Shown here one piece after another: positions 11,743 through 24,752 of a stretch of DNA of 64,000 nucleotides. A program made the translations under genes and the position numbers. Each line of letters opens with the position of its first letter. Within the stretch, counting starts at the first letter, position 1. Origin of the DNA: Octopus vulgaris (lineage: Eukaryota); contig OX597841.1 in NCBI GenBank assembly GCA_951406725.2, forward strand, positions 2,976,001 to 3,040,000, written 5' to 3'. The notes beneath the pieces were generated by a model, which saw only the letters and a program-made list of their open reading frames with translations, was not told where the DNA came from and made no database searches.

Positions 11743-13996
11743 ACCACTTGATCCTTCTAACCTCTTCTACTCCACCAAAAGCTAGAATTAAGATAACAAG
11801 TACCACCACTTGATCCTTCTAACCTCTTCTACTCCACCAAAAGCTAGAATTAAGATAACAAGTACCACCACTTGATCCTTCTAACCTCTTCTACTCCACC
11901 AAAAGCTAGAATTAAGATAACAAGTACCACCACTTGACCCTTCTAACCTCTTCTACTCCACCAAAAGCTAGAATTAAGATAACAAGTACCACCACTTGAC
12001 CCTTCTAACCTCTTCTACTCCACCAAAAGCTAGAATTAAGATAACAAGTACCACCACTTGACCCTTCTAACCTCTTCTACTCCACCAAAAGCTAGATAAC
12101 AAGTAAGATAACTCCACCAAAAGCTAGAATTAAGATAACAAGTACCACCACTTGACCCTTCTAACCTCTTCTACTCCACCAAAAGCTAGAATTAAGATAA
12201 CAAGTACCACCACTTGACCCTTCTAACCTCTTCTACTCCACCAAAAGCTAGAATTAAGATAACAAGTACCACCACTTGACCCTTCTAACCTCTTCTACAC
12301 CACCAAAAGCTAGAATTAAGATAACAAGTACCACCACTTGACCCTTCTAACCTCTTCTACTCCACCAAAAGCTAGAATTAAGATAACAAGTACCACCACT
12401 TGACTTCTAACCTTCTTACTCCACCAAAAGCTAGAATTAAGATAACAAGTACCACCACTTGACCCTTCTAACCTCTTCTACTCCACCAAAAGCTAGAATT
12501 AAGATAACAAGTACCACCACTTGACCCTTCTAACCTCTTCTACTCCACCAAAAGCTAGAATTAAGATAACAAGTACCACCACTTGACCCTTCTAACCTCT
12601 TCTACTCCACCAAAAGCTAGAATTAAGATAACAAGTACCACCACTTGACCCTTCTAACCTCTTCTACTCCACCAAAAGCTAGAATTAAGATAACAAGTAC
12701 CACCACTTGACCCTTCTAACCTCTTCTACTCCACCAAAAGCTAGAATTAAGATAACAATGTCTACCACCACTTGACCCTTCTAACCTCTTCTACTCCACC
12801 AAAAGCTAGAATTAAGATAACAAGTACCACCACTTGACCCTTCTAACCTCTTCTACTCCACCAAAAGCTAGAATTAAGATAACAAGTACCACCACTTGAC
12901 CCTTCTAACCTCTTCTACTCCACCAAAAGCTAGAATTAAGATAACAAGTACCACCACTTGACCCTTCTAACCTCTTCTACTCCACCAAAAGCTAGAATTA
13001 AGATAACAATGTCTTCACCACTTGACCCTTCTAACCTCTTCTACTCCACCAAAAGCTAGAATTAAGATAACAAGTACCACCACTTGACCCTTCTAACCTC
13101 TTCTACTCCACCAAAAGCTAGAATTAAGATAACAAGTACCACCACTTGACCCTTCTAACCTCTTCTACTCCACCAAAAGCTAGAATTAAGATAACAAGTA
13201 CCACCACTTGACCCTTCTAACCTCTTCTACTCCACCAAAAGCTAGAATTAAGATAACAAGTACTTCACCACTTGACCTTAACTAACCTCTTCTACTCCAC
13301 CAAAAGCTAGAATTAAGATAACAAGTACCACCACTTGACCCTTCTAACCTCTTCTACTCCACCAAAAGCTAGAATTAAGATAACAAGTACCACCACTTGA
13401 CCCTTCTAACCTCTTCTACTCCACCAAAAGCTAGAATTAAGATAACAAGTACCACCACTTGATCCTTCTAACCTCTTCTACTCCACCAAAAGCTAGAATT
13501 AAGATAACAAGTACCACCACTTGACCCTTCTAACCTCTTCTACTCCACCAAAAGCTAGAATTAAGATAACAAGTACCACCACTTGACCCTTCTAACCTCT
13601 TCTACTCCACCAAAAGCTAGAATTAAGATAACAATCACCACTTGACCCTTCTAACCTCTTCTACTCCACCACTAGAATTAAGATGACCCTTGACCCTTAA
13701 CCTCTTCTACTCCACCAAAAGCTAGAATTAAGATAACAAGTACCACCACTTGACCCTTCTAACCTCTTCTACTCCACCAAAAGCTAGAATTAAGATAACA
13801 AGTACCACCACTTGACCCTTCTAACCTCTTCTACTCCACCAAAAGCTAGAATTAAGATAACAAGTACCACCACTTGACCCTTCTAACCTCTTCTACTCCA
13901 CCAAAAGCTAGAATTAAGATAACAAGTACCACCACTTCACCCTTCTAACCTCTTCTACTCCACCAAAAGCTAGAATTAAGATAACAAGTACCACCA
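11743..13996. repeat. 62-bp minisatellite, ~36 copies
   Basis: Unit ACCACCACTTGACCCTTCTAACCTCTTCTACTCCACCAAAAGCTAGAATTAAGATAACAAGT, near-identical, no spacers. Confidence 0.97.
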
Positions 13997-14436
13997 ACGA
14001 AATCCGTTGTTCTGAACGATATGTCTATCCTTCTGGATAGTTATAGTCACTTGGTGGCAACTCCAACTCAGTTAGTCAGTGACAACTTGAGTTGGTGAGT
14101 TACTGAGAACGAAGTCTGGCTGACAGGTTGAACAAAACGCCGTCCCTAAAGATAACGGCACAAAAATGACAACTAAGGTAACTCACCAATGAAGCAGTTG
14201 TTTGGTCCCACATTCTCTCTCCGTTTTCTCTTACATCACTCTAGTTCTATCTGTAATTACTACTAAACTATGATGAGAACACAAACACAAACTATACAAG
14301 GAAAATCTACACCTATCTTTACTTCGTATGCTTTGCGAATTCATCACCTGCCCGTCGAGGCAAGGTATTGTATAATGCAACGGTAAAAATAAATATTTTC
14401 CTCACAACTTCAATCACTGTTCTTTCATCTTTACAT

Positions 14437-14843
14437 ACTCTTTACTCTTTTACTTGTTTCAGTCATTTGATTGTGGCCATGCTGGAGCACCGCCTTTAAT
14501 CGAGCAACTCGACCCCGGGACTTATTCTTTTGTAAGCCCAGTACTTATTCTATCGAACTCTTTTGCCGAACCGCTAAGTAACGGGGACATAAACACACCT
14601 GCATCGGTTGTCAAGCAATGCTAGGGGTACAAACACAGACACACAAACACACACATATATATATATATATACATATATACGACGGGCTTCTTTCAGTTTC
14701 CGTCTACCAAATCCACTCACAAGGCTTTGGTCGGCCCGAGGCTATAGTAGAAGACACTTGCCCAAGGTGCCATGCAGTGGGACTGAACCCGGAACCATGT
14801 GGTTGGTTAGCAATGCTACTTACCACACAGCCACTCCTGCGCC
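14437..14843 (-). mobile_element. SINE family B, full length
   Basis: Reverse complement of 9608-10020. Confidence 0.85.
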
Positions 14844-14984
14844 TATATAATGGCAATCAACGAGGAATCAATCTTTACAAACTGATTATGACTCCGACAT
14901 TCCATATTATCATTATATACAATTAATCTTTATCGTTACACAAATGTGTGTGTGTGTATCGGCTATTGTTGAGTTTGTGTAAGG

Positions 14985-15955
14985 ATCACCCAAAGCAGCA
15001 ACCAAAGATGAATATCCATGCCAAAAGGGCTATGCTTTTGTGTTTGGTGGGGTCATAAAGGCATTATTTATGATGAGCTTCTCCCACAAAACCAGATCAT
15101 AAATTCTTATGTATACTGTCATCAGCTGGATAATTTGAACCCAGAAACATCAAAGACTTGAGGCTAGAAATTGCCAACAGGAACGGGGATAGGGTCCTAA
15201 CAAGGAAATGCCTGTCCATATGTGTCTTTGGCTACCCGAACAAACTTACATGAACATGGCTGGAATCTCTTAACCCATCCCCTATATTTTCCTCTAAAAA
15301 TTGTACCTGAAGGTGAGGAAGAGGAAGAACTGAGTGAAGTAAGTACAGCAATTCAATATTGATTGTCTGACAGTGACTGGCATCCGTTGCTAGTGGAGCG
15401 CTAAGAGTACCATACGAGTGAGATCATTGCCAGAGCAACAAGCTGGCCTTTGTGCCGATGGCATGTTAAGGACACCGTTCAAATGTGATCATTACTGCGT
15501 CGCCTTACTAACACTTGTGCTGGTGGCATGTGAAATATTTGAGCGAGGTCGTCACCAGTGCCGCTGGACTGGCTCCTGTGCAGGTGGCACGTAGAAAGCA
15601 CCATTTGGGCGTGGCCGTTGCCAGTACCACCAAACTGGCCCTCGTGCCAGTGGCACGTAAAAGCACCCACTACACTCTCAGAGTGGTTGGCGTTAGGAAG
15701 GACATCCAGCTGTAGAAACTCTGCCAGATCAGATTGGAGTCTGGTTCGCCAGACCTCAGTCAAATCGTCCAACCCATGCTAGCATGGAAAGCAGATGTTA
15801 AATGATGATGATGATGATGATGATGATGTGCCATCTGATTACCACTTGTTTTTGTCTTTACAGAACTCATTACAAAGAAAAACATTGAATGATTTAGATG
15901 GAGTCAAAATGCATCTAGAGAACTTTTTATTGCAAAATCCTTTAAAAACAACCGT
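14985..15955 (+). pseudogene. Degenerate mariner transposase catalytic domain, interrupted by an RTE-tail element (~15370-15828)
   Basis: Across frameshifts: HAKRAML..WWGHKGII..ELLPQNQIINSYVYCHQL, GWNLLTHP, PSDYHLFLSLQN (cf. mariner WW..GV and HPPYSPDLAPSDYHLF). Confidence 0.75.
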
Positions 15956-16345
15956 GTTAAAATCTTTAGTTCCACAATACACTTAAAAGTTGGAAATTAT
16001 GTGAAATAAATAGACTTTGTTTTCTTTATTATCATTAATATTAGGTCTCCAAATGAAGTCTTTTTTTCTTTTTCTCAATCAAATGAAACACATTTTAATG
16101 TCCTTCAAAGTTGGCAACACTTGCTTGCTAATACCAGATGGAGTATCAAATATTGTGTATTCAATATCATGATGTGTGTTACTGGCTTATGAATCATCAC
16201 TAAATTTAACACAAGCATTAAGTCAAGGTACAAAGCAAAAAACTTCACACACGTACGTCCAAATGCAGCTCCTGTTTTTTATATATTGAAACCTGGTATG
16301 GAACCTCTAAAGGATTACACTACAGCAAACAAGAAACTGCAGAAA

Positions 16346-17188
<843 letters not shown>

Positions 17189-17928
17189 TCATATGATCCT
17201 ATCTCTTTTATCATGTGTTGAGAGGAAATCAATTCTATAATTTTCTCACTCTTTTCCTCTCAAATCCAAGTTTATACATTTTCCTTCCTTTTCTTCTTGT
17301 ACTTTATTTCTTACAAACAGTTCTTCTGCTGTATTTCTGTCCAGTTGTTACCCTTCTTTAGCAACACTTTCATTAATTAAATCCAACTTTAATTAGTACA
17401 CAGGCTCCTCTTCTTGACACTCCAGTCAGGGATGTCCAGAAACTTGGCTAATGATATTATTTCAGAGCAAATATTTCACAGGAATTCTATCACTGATTTT
17501 TAGAAACAATCTGATACATATGTTTCGTATAATAGTTTCCTTTAGTCTTTAAAACATGGTAGATATTGAGGATGTTTCTTCTGTTATGTCAATGTCATCT
17601 GATGTTCTGAAATTATAGAGAAACAACATTGTAAGATGTTGAGGCTACTTAAAATATACAGATTCATTTCTATTGAGATAAACTGTAGAAATAAACATTT
17701 AACCTAAGAACTGAGCTGTATGTCAACAGCTCCATAAAGAAGTGTCAATCACTGAAAGTGGATTGAATATGTGGTAGTGGGACACCCAGAAGAACATGGG
17801 ACGAAATACTGAAGAACCTTTTAGATGAGATGACGAAGGAATGAGATTTTTGGAGACTTGATGTACTGAAGAAGATCCGCACTTCATAAAAGAGGTATTA
17901 AAACTCATCCTGGATTTAAACAACAATA

Positions 17929-18338
17929 GGCGCAGGAGTGGCTGTGTGGTAAGTAGCTTGCTTACCAACCACATGGTTCCGGGTTCAGTCCCACTGCGTG
18001 GCATCTTGGGCAAGTGTTTTCTGCTATAGCCTCGGGCCAACCAATGCCTTGTGAGTGGATTTGGTAGACGGAAACTGAAAGAAGCCTGTCGTATATATGT
18101 ATACATATATATGTGTATTTGTATGTGTGAGTGTTTGTGTGTCTGTCCCCCTAGCATTGCTTGACAACCGATGCTGGTATGTTTACGTCCCCGTCACTTA
18201 GCGGTTCGGCAAAAGAGACCGATAGAATAAGTACTGGGCTTACAAAGAATAAGTCCCGGGGTTGATTTGCTCGACTAAAGGCGGTGCTCCAGTGTGGCCA
18301 CAATCAAATGACTGAAACAAGTAAAAGAGTAAAAGAGT
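17929..18338 (+). mobile_element. SINE family B, full length
   Basis: Same head, core and tail as 9608-10020. Confidence 0.85.
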
Positions 18339-18417
18339 AATGTCAAGTTCTCTTTCTGGAGAAGGACTAATGTTAGTCTCCACTATTCTGTAGTTTTATT
18401 TTCAAACTGTTACACAA

Positions 18418-18582
18418 TGCGCAGGAGTGGCCGTGTGGTAAGTAGCTTGTTTACCAACCACATGGTTCCGGGTTCAGTCCCACTGCGTGGCATCTTGGGC
18501 AAGTGTCTTCTGCTATAGCCCTGGGCCAACCAATGCCTTGTGAGTGGATTTGGTAGACGGAAACTGAAAGAAGGCTGTTGCA

Positions 18583-18627
<45 letters not shown>

Positions 18628-18706
18628 ATGTGTTTGTCCCCCTAGCATTGCTTGACAACCGATGCTGGTGTGTTTACGTCCCCGTCACTTAGCGGTTCGG
18701 CAAAAG
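18418..18706 (+). mobile_element. SINE family B, 3'-truncated, part of an inverted duplication
   Basis: Head plus flank 18340-18417 mirrored at 19126-19492. Confidence 0.8.
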
Positions 18707-19007
18707 TGGTGAAAAGCACTTGTGGCCATTCCTCATAAAAGTGCCCATGCAGTGCCCCATATAAACAGCTTGCACGTTGCGAAGGGGTCGGTACTAGGAA
18801 GGGCATCCAGTAGAAACGATGACAAATGTGACTGAAGTCTGCTGCAGCTCCCCAGCACTGGTCAAAGCATCCAACCCATTCCAGCATGGACAACAGACAT
18901 TATAAGATGATGATGATGAACTGAACATCCTAATTTACCAAAATTTACACCACAGACTCCTGTTTGAAGCTGACATATTTATAAACTACAGCGACACCAT
19001 CACATTA

Positions 19008-19414
19008 CTCTCTCTTTTACTTGTTTCAGTCATTTGACTGCGGCCATGCTGGAGCACCGCCTTTAGTCGAGCAACTCGACCCCGGGACTTATTCTTTGTA
19101 AGTCCAGTACTTATTCTATCGGTCTCTTTTGCCGAACCTCTAAGTAACGGGGACATAAACACACCAGCATCGGTTGTCAAGCAATGCTAGGGGGACAAAC
19201 ACAGACACACAAACATATACACATACATACATATATATATATATACATATACACAACAGGCTTCTTTCAGTTTCCGTCTACCAAATCCACTCACAAGGCT
19301 TTGGTCGGCCCGGGGCTATAGCAGAAGACACTTGCCCAAGATGCCATGCAGTGGGACTGAACCCGGAACCATGTGATTGGTAAACAAGCTACTTACCACA
19401 CAGCCACTCCTGCG
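19008..19414 (-). mobile_element. SINE family B, full length
   Basis: Reverse complement of family B. Confidence 0.85.
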
Positions 19415-19734
19415 CATTGTGTAACAGTTTGAAAAGAAAACCACAGAATAGGGGACACTAACATTAGTCCTTCTCCAGAAATAGAACTTGATACTGTTCT
19501 TTAGATCCAGGTCATTTCTGACAGAGCAGACATGTGTTTAATGACATTCCATCCATGAACATCCTGTCTATTTCTATGACTACATTACCCAATGCAGTCG
19601 TCGATATTCACGACCCATAGGAAAAATTTAAGGGAAATGTGCTGTTATTTCCAGTAGGTCATATGATCATATGGAGAGTCGTAGAACCTACAATTTTCAG
19701 GACAGATCAAACAAGAATAAACAATGATGAATTG

Positions 19735-20800
19735 AGAGGTAATTAGAAGCAATTTAAGCATTTAAATGAAGAAAAAATTGCTCCAATTGAAATTCAGTTT
19801 AATAGCATTCGTTTTAGTTAAATGGACAAATACATCGGCAATCTTTCGTCTCTAGTAGACCTTTCCGTCGACTTCCGTAAAAATTTTTTTTTTTTTTTAC
19901 ATATGGGCTTGCGGGAACTTTTGAAGTAATGAGAGCGAAAGAGACTAAGAGAAAGCGATTTTATGACGAGGGAAGTTCTTTTGAAGTTACCGTGCATGGC
20001 AAGCATTGATGTACATGTGTGTGTGTTTGATGGGGTGTGGGAGACAGACAGTATGTTGTGTAAGTGAAGTGCTTCTGTTAGTGTGTGTGAAGAGACAGAG
20101 AGAGTAATGTGTGAAAGAAAGAGATAACTGAAATTTTTTTACTCGGTGTATATGTATGTATATTACTTCAAAAGTTCCCGCAAGCCCATATGTAAAAAAG
20201 AAAATTTTTTTATGGAAATCGACGGAAAGGTCTACTAGAGACGAAAGATCGCCAATACATCTACTACTGAGGCATTCTGGCTGGAATTCTTGCAAAATAA
20301 AGATGCTACCGGAGGAAATCCTTTTAGCGATGTTGCAAATTTTGCCATTAATCTATTGACATTGCCAAACTCAAATGCAGAAGTTCAGTAGTATGGGCGT
20401 AATCAAATCAAAATTGAAAAACAAAATGCATCTTCCTATGCTTAGATCAATACTGTCTTTAAAAGTACGGCCTGAAAAGATATGGCAAAGGTTGCGACTA
20501 CTTCGATATCCCAAAACACAACATAATTAACAAGATTGGGACCTTAAATGTATACAGAAGTGAAGACCTAAGCACTGCAACCCAAAGTGATTAAATCAGT
20601 GAAATTCAAGAAATTATTTTTCAATGCTGAATATAATTAAAGAAGGTAAATAAAAAAAATTAAAAATTAACTTTTTGATATAATTAGTCTTAGCATTTTT
20701 TTTCTTTTTTTGTCTTATTTAGCATATTTCAGCATTTTTATTTGTGTATTTTTTCCACTGAAATTTAGCATAAATTTCTGAATTTAAGTTGGCAACACTA
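19735..20800 (+). mobile_element. hAT transposon 3' fragment (dimerisation domain and TIR) containing a MITE
   Basis: NPFSDVANFAINLLTLPNSNAEV..SSM..IKSKLKNKM; ends GTTGGCAACACT (reverse of CAGTGTTGCCAAC-type TIR); duplicated at ~30040-31053. Confidence 0.75.
19838..20253. mobile_element. MITE with ~95-bp TIRs and 8-bp TSD (Merlin-like)
   Basis: TIR GGC(A/G)ATCTTTCGTCTCTAGTAGACCTTTCCG...GAAGTAAT; TSD AATACATC. Confidence 0.9.
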
Positions 20801-21013
20801 CATTCAGTGGTGGGTTGGATCATATCGACGTGACATGACACATCACATCCAGCTCGCTACGATATAATCAAATATTCACAGCAACACAACAACAGGCGGT
20901 AACTCTACGAATTCTATTTCAATAACGTTGAAAAGTTCTCAACATTTATCGTAATATCATTTCAATAACATCCACACTCTCTCAACAAAACAAAGTTTTT
21001 CCGTAAAAATCTC

Positions 21014-22503
21014 GGTCAAACTAAAGCGTTAAACCCGGTCAAAGAAACAAAAAAAAAATGTGTGTCATAGGTGTAAAACAACTCCCTCTGAACGAATATG
21101 ACAAAAAAAATGCGCGCACGCGAAAGGGGAGTGGGGGAGAGGCCTCGGAAAATTCACATCGGGAATTTCCGAAAGCGTCTGAGGGGCTGACCCGGGCACC
21201 AAAACAAAAAAAAAATAGTGTAATATGTGTAAAACAACTTGCTCTAAACGAATATGACAAAAAAAATGCGCACTCGCGAAAGAGGGGTGGGGGAGAGGCC
21301 TCGGTAAATTTACATCGGGAATTTCCGAAAGCGTCAGACCCGGGCACAAAAACAAAAATAGCGTAATTGGTGTAAAACTACTTGTTCTAAACGATTATCA
21401 AGAACACACACTCACACATGAATCATAAACTCCGTATTTTTGTACATATTTCGCAAAAAAAAAATAAATAAAGAGAAGAAATGTTGGATCTCCGCCATGT
21501 GAATCAAAATACGTGTCAGAAACATCTTGAAATACTACAGAAATTATGTTACGAAAATGATAATGTATACATACCTCTTTGAGTGGTCCATCGACAGTGT
21601 TGATAAAGAAATGAGATGGGTTGCGTTTGGAGGAAAAAATTATCTCGGGCCAGGATAAAGACTTGCTGCTGCCAATAAGAATACGTGTATTCTCTTGGCA
21701 GCAGGTTTAATGCTGTCCATAAATAGGAACTTGGCGAGGTATTGTTTTAAGTAACAGGCACGAATGCCTGGGCGAACAATTGATCTCTTAACTGACCCCC
21801 ACAATCTCTCTATCGTCTATGTCTGCACCGATGCGTTTGTCGGATCAACAAAGTTTTCACTGTGGTTGATGCGGAAGTGAGTATAGCTGAGATTTCCAAG
21901 AGAGTTATACGCAGCCCAAGAATCGCTATATACTACGGGCCCTTGGCGTATATATCGGGTAATTAAGGGGATCAGTGTGGCGGCATCTCGCCTTTCCTCT
22001 TCACCACACTCAGATGAAAGAGGTATCAAAACTTTTTTTTTGGCCTACTCGCTCTATCCCACCGAAAAGCCAGATAGTTTCTGTGAGTCTTCCACGATTA
22101 TACTTTCTTCTTACAATAACTGTTTCATTGATCTCTACTTCAACTCCTGCTCCACCGATTTGGTCCTGGTAATTTTCAACCCAATGCTGACAAACCTCGG
22201 AGCAGAAGGATCGCCAATCAATTGAGGTCGGATATGAAATGTTTAAATTTTCCATGACTAATGCATGCGACCAACAGTCTGTAAGGAAGTAATTTATAAA
22301 TAATAGGACTTTACAGGGTGGTATCTGACTCCGCTCCAAAAAAGTGTTGTTGTATAGCGATATAGGATATCCACATTGCGTTGGCCTTTGTCTTCGACGG
22401 CGAACAGACCTTCCACATCGGAAGATGCTTGTATTTTCGCGGAGTGTACATTGTAAATGGCATCTAGGGCAGTCAACTGTGCTGGGAATGATATTATGTT
22501 TTC
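21014..22503 (-). mobile_element. Merlin (IS1595/ISXO2-like) DNA transposon relic with frameshifted transposase and ~150-bp subterminal tandem repeats
   Basis: CPRCHLQC..C..C zinc ribbon, IGGAGVEVEINE..RRKYNRGR..WLFGGIER, VYSDSWAAY..H..INHSENFVDP, IERLW; flanked by 82-bp direct repeat 20932-21013 / 22505-22586. Confidence 0.85.
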
Positions 22504-22810
22504 GAAAGTTCTCAACATTTATCGTAATACCATTTCAATAACATCCACACTCTCTCAACAAAACAAAGTTTTTCCGTAAAAATCTCAACAGTTTTCGTCA
22601 TTTTCTTCTATGTAAACTGTTGACCTCCGACGCTAGAAATAACAGTCAGCTCATGAAATCAACAGTGTCATATACAGCTCCTAGTAGTCGTAGTATAGAC
22701 ATATGGTGGTATTCACACATATACCAGCCACACCCTCAATCCGTGTGTATTTTGCTTAATGGCTAATTCAGCCGATAATTCACGCAACAATCAGAAATTT
22801 AATTATTTTA

Positions 22811-22930
22811 TCGGCGGAAGTAAAGAATGCGCACACCACCCGTTTTTATCGTAACCCTAACCCGAACCCAAAACCTGAGCCCCAAACCCTAACCCTAAAC
22901 ATTGGAGGTGCATGTTCTTTACCTTCGACA
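22811..22930. repeat. Small inverted-repeat element enclosing degenerate (CCCTAA)n
   Basis: GTAAAGAATGCGCACACC ... GGTGCATGTTCTTTAC around AACCCTAACCC repeats. Confidence 0.5.
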
Positions 22931-23556
22931 GTTTATCATAAATTTTTTTCCGCACACAACAAAATTATATCACAACCTTTCTTTCACACTTTAAATATTT
23001 TCATAAATTAAAAACTAGCGTAAAAGCTTATACATTTTATTATTTCGTTGTCATTTCAGAGACTTTGTGTTGATAACAGGAGATTATTCACCATAGTAAC
23101 AAAGAAAAAAAATGGAATAATTGAAAAAAATATTACGAAATAGTTTAATGCAGTGAGAGAAGAAAGATAAACAATTTCTCTTTGGCAGAGAAACTGTTAC
23201 GAATCCAGCGATATAGGAAAGCGCATGAATATAATAGCCTACGTATTAATATTGTTCATATTTAGTTGTATATAAAAGAATGTTTGTTCAATTTTCTGAG
23301 CGTAGAATTATTTTGTAATTTAGAATGGACCTATAAGGCACTGGTGTTCTCAGTAAAATTCATGGTAGGAAATAGTTTTAGTTAAACATCTTAAAATGTT
23401 AGAAGATATTAAATCAAATCAAGTTTGTAATCATATTAGTAATTTTTTGGTTGAAAACATTATATATACTTTTCAATCTATACTGCAGGTATTACGTGTA
23501 AATACTTTGTACTTCTTTGTAGATATACGAGTTCCTAAAATATTCTATTTTTGCAA

Positions 23557-24426
23557 TTAAGAATGTATGTTTACTGAAATATCTTCGTTCCTCCGTTCAA
23601 ACTTTAGTTTTTTGACCAATGTCGACATAATCTGAGGCATTTGTTTACAAACATTGTATTCCGGCTTATCCGAACTTTGGAATTCTAAAGAGGCAACATA
23701 CTTAGAGACAGCGGTTAAAAGTGTCATCATTTCGTATTCAGTGCCATATTCCATCAACATTTTACTTAAAGTCTGCATAAACCACGAACCTATTTCTTTA
23801 TCCCTCATTGACGGATATTTATTTGATGACGAATGGAAAACCAACATATCTGCCATGATTGGAATTTTCGGTGGCTTTTTTCCAGTTTCTTCTTCCTCGG
23901 CATCGTTTCTTTCGACTCCAACATCAATCTTGCTTCCACGACATGCTTGAATAAAGATTAATTTAGGTATTCCTGTCAGAGATGGACAGCGATCGGGTCT
24001 CAGGTAAGAAAGCAATTCGTCTAGCTCAACTTCACCGTCGTATCCATATATAATATCGTTTTCCTTACCATGGCTCAGAATCGCACAAATAAAGCAGTCG
24101 ATATTACCTTTAATATCAGGATTATCTTGCTCAAACTCGTCCAAAGTTTTGCGCATCTCATCGGCACTCTCATCTGCATGAACTTTGATGTCATCTTCAC
24201 GAAATCCAAGATTTAGTAATGATGCTTTAAAATCTTCTGTGTCTTTTGATGAGCCGTGACGAATTGGAAGATTTTTTGAGTCTTTGAAATTTTCATTGTT
24301 GAAGATGTAGGCAACACCTCGCTTTTTATGTTCCATGTCATATTTATCGAAACAATTTCTTAAATCTTCCCTAGTGGGTCGATGGAACTGAGCTTCTGTA
24401 CTCACATTCACACGTTCAGCATCCAT
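23557..24426 (-). CDS. Effector-type caspase (caspase-3/7-like, peptidase C14A), no intron in coding region
   Basis: 289 aa from first ATG (MDAERV); Y-x-M...RGVAYIFNNENF, RHGS, catalytic LSHG and QACRG, linker RNDA, ADML, GSWF, KQMP; frame open upstream to at least 24636. Confidence 0.93.
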   Translation of the reverse strand: MDAERVNVSTEAQFHRPTREDLRNCFDKYDMEHKKRGVAYIFNNENFKDSKNLPIRHGSSKDTEDFKASLLNLGFREDDIKVHADESADEMRKTLDEFEQDNPDIKGNIDCFICAILSHGKENDIIYGYDGEVELDELLSYLRPDRCPSLTGIPKLIFIQACRGSKIDVGVERNDAEEEETGKKPPKIPIMADMLVFHSSSNKYPSMRDKEIGSWFMQTLSKMLMEYGTEYEMMTLLTAVSKYVASLEFQSSDKPEYNVCKQMPQIMSTLVKKLKFERRNEDISVNIHS

Positions 24427-24752
24427 ATCATCCGTTCCAGAAATGCGATAAGCTGAAATTAGTTCCGGGTATGGTATATAGATTGATATATAATGCGCAT
24501 GCGTTTGCGAAATCCACCCGAATTGCTTTTGACCTGAAAACCAAAATGAAAGTGAAGTCCTTTTCCAAGAATTAATTGAAACGACAACTGGTTGCGTGTG
24601 AACTGCAATCGGCTGCTCAGCACTTGAGCTGCACAAACCAGGTCAGCCTTCAGACAAGATCAAATGCTTTTTAGATTTCCTCATTCGCTATCAAATAACA
24701 TTTATTCATTTCTTACCTTCTTTTCTTTCTTCCCCTCTTTCTATCTCTCTCT

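Noticed and set aside
11743-13996. Possible CRISPR array
   Set aside because: Units are contiguous with no unique spacers, no cas genes, eukaryotic context
21640-22503. Bacterial IS1595 contamination
   Set aside because: Embedded among host repeats and decayed; eukaryotic Merlin explains it
24427-24636. 70-aa N-terminal extension of the caspase
   Set aside because: Begins at a non-ATG codon, crosses a strong splice acceptor, and has no CARD/DED resemblance
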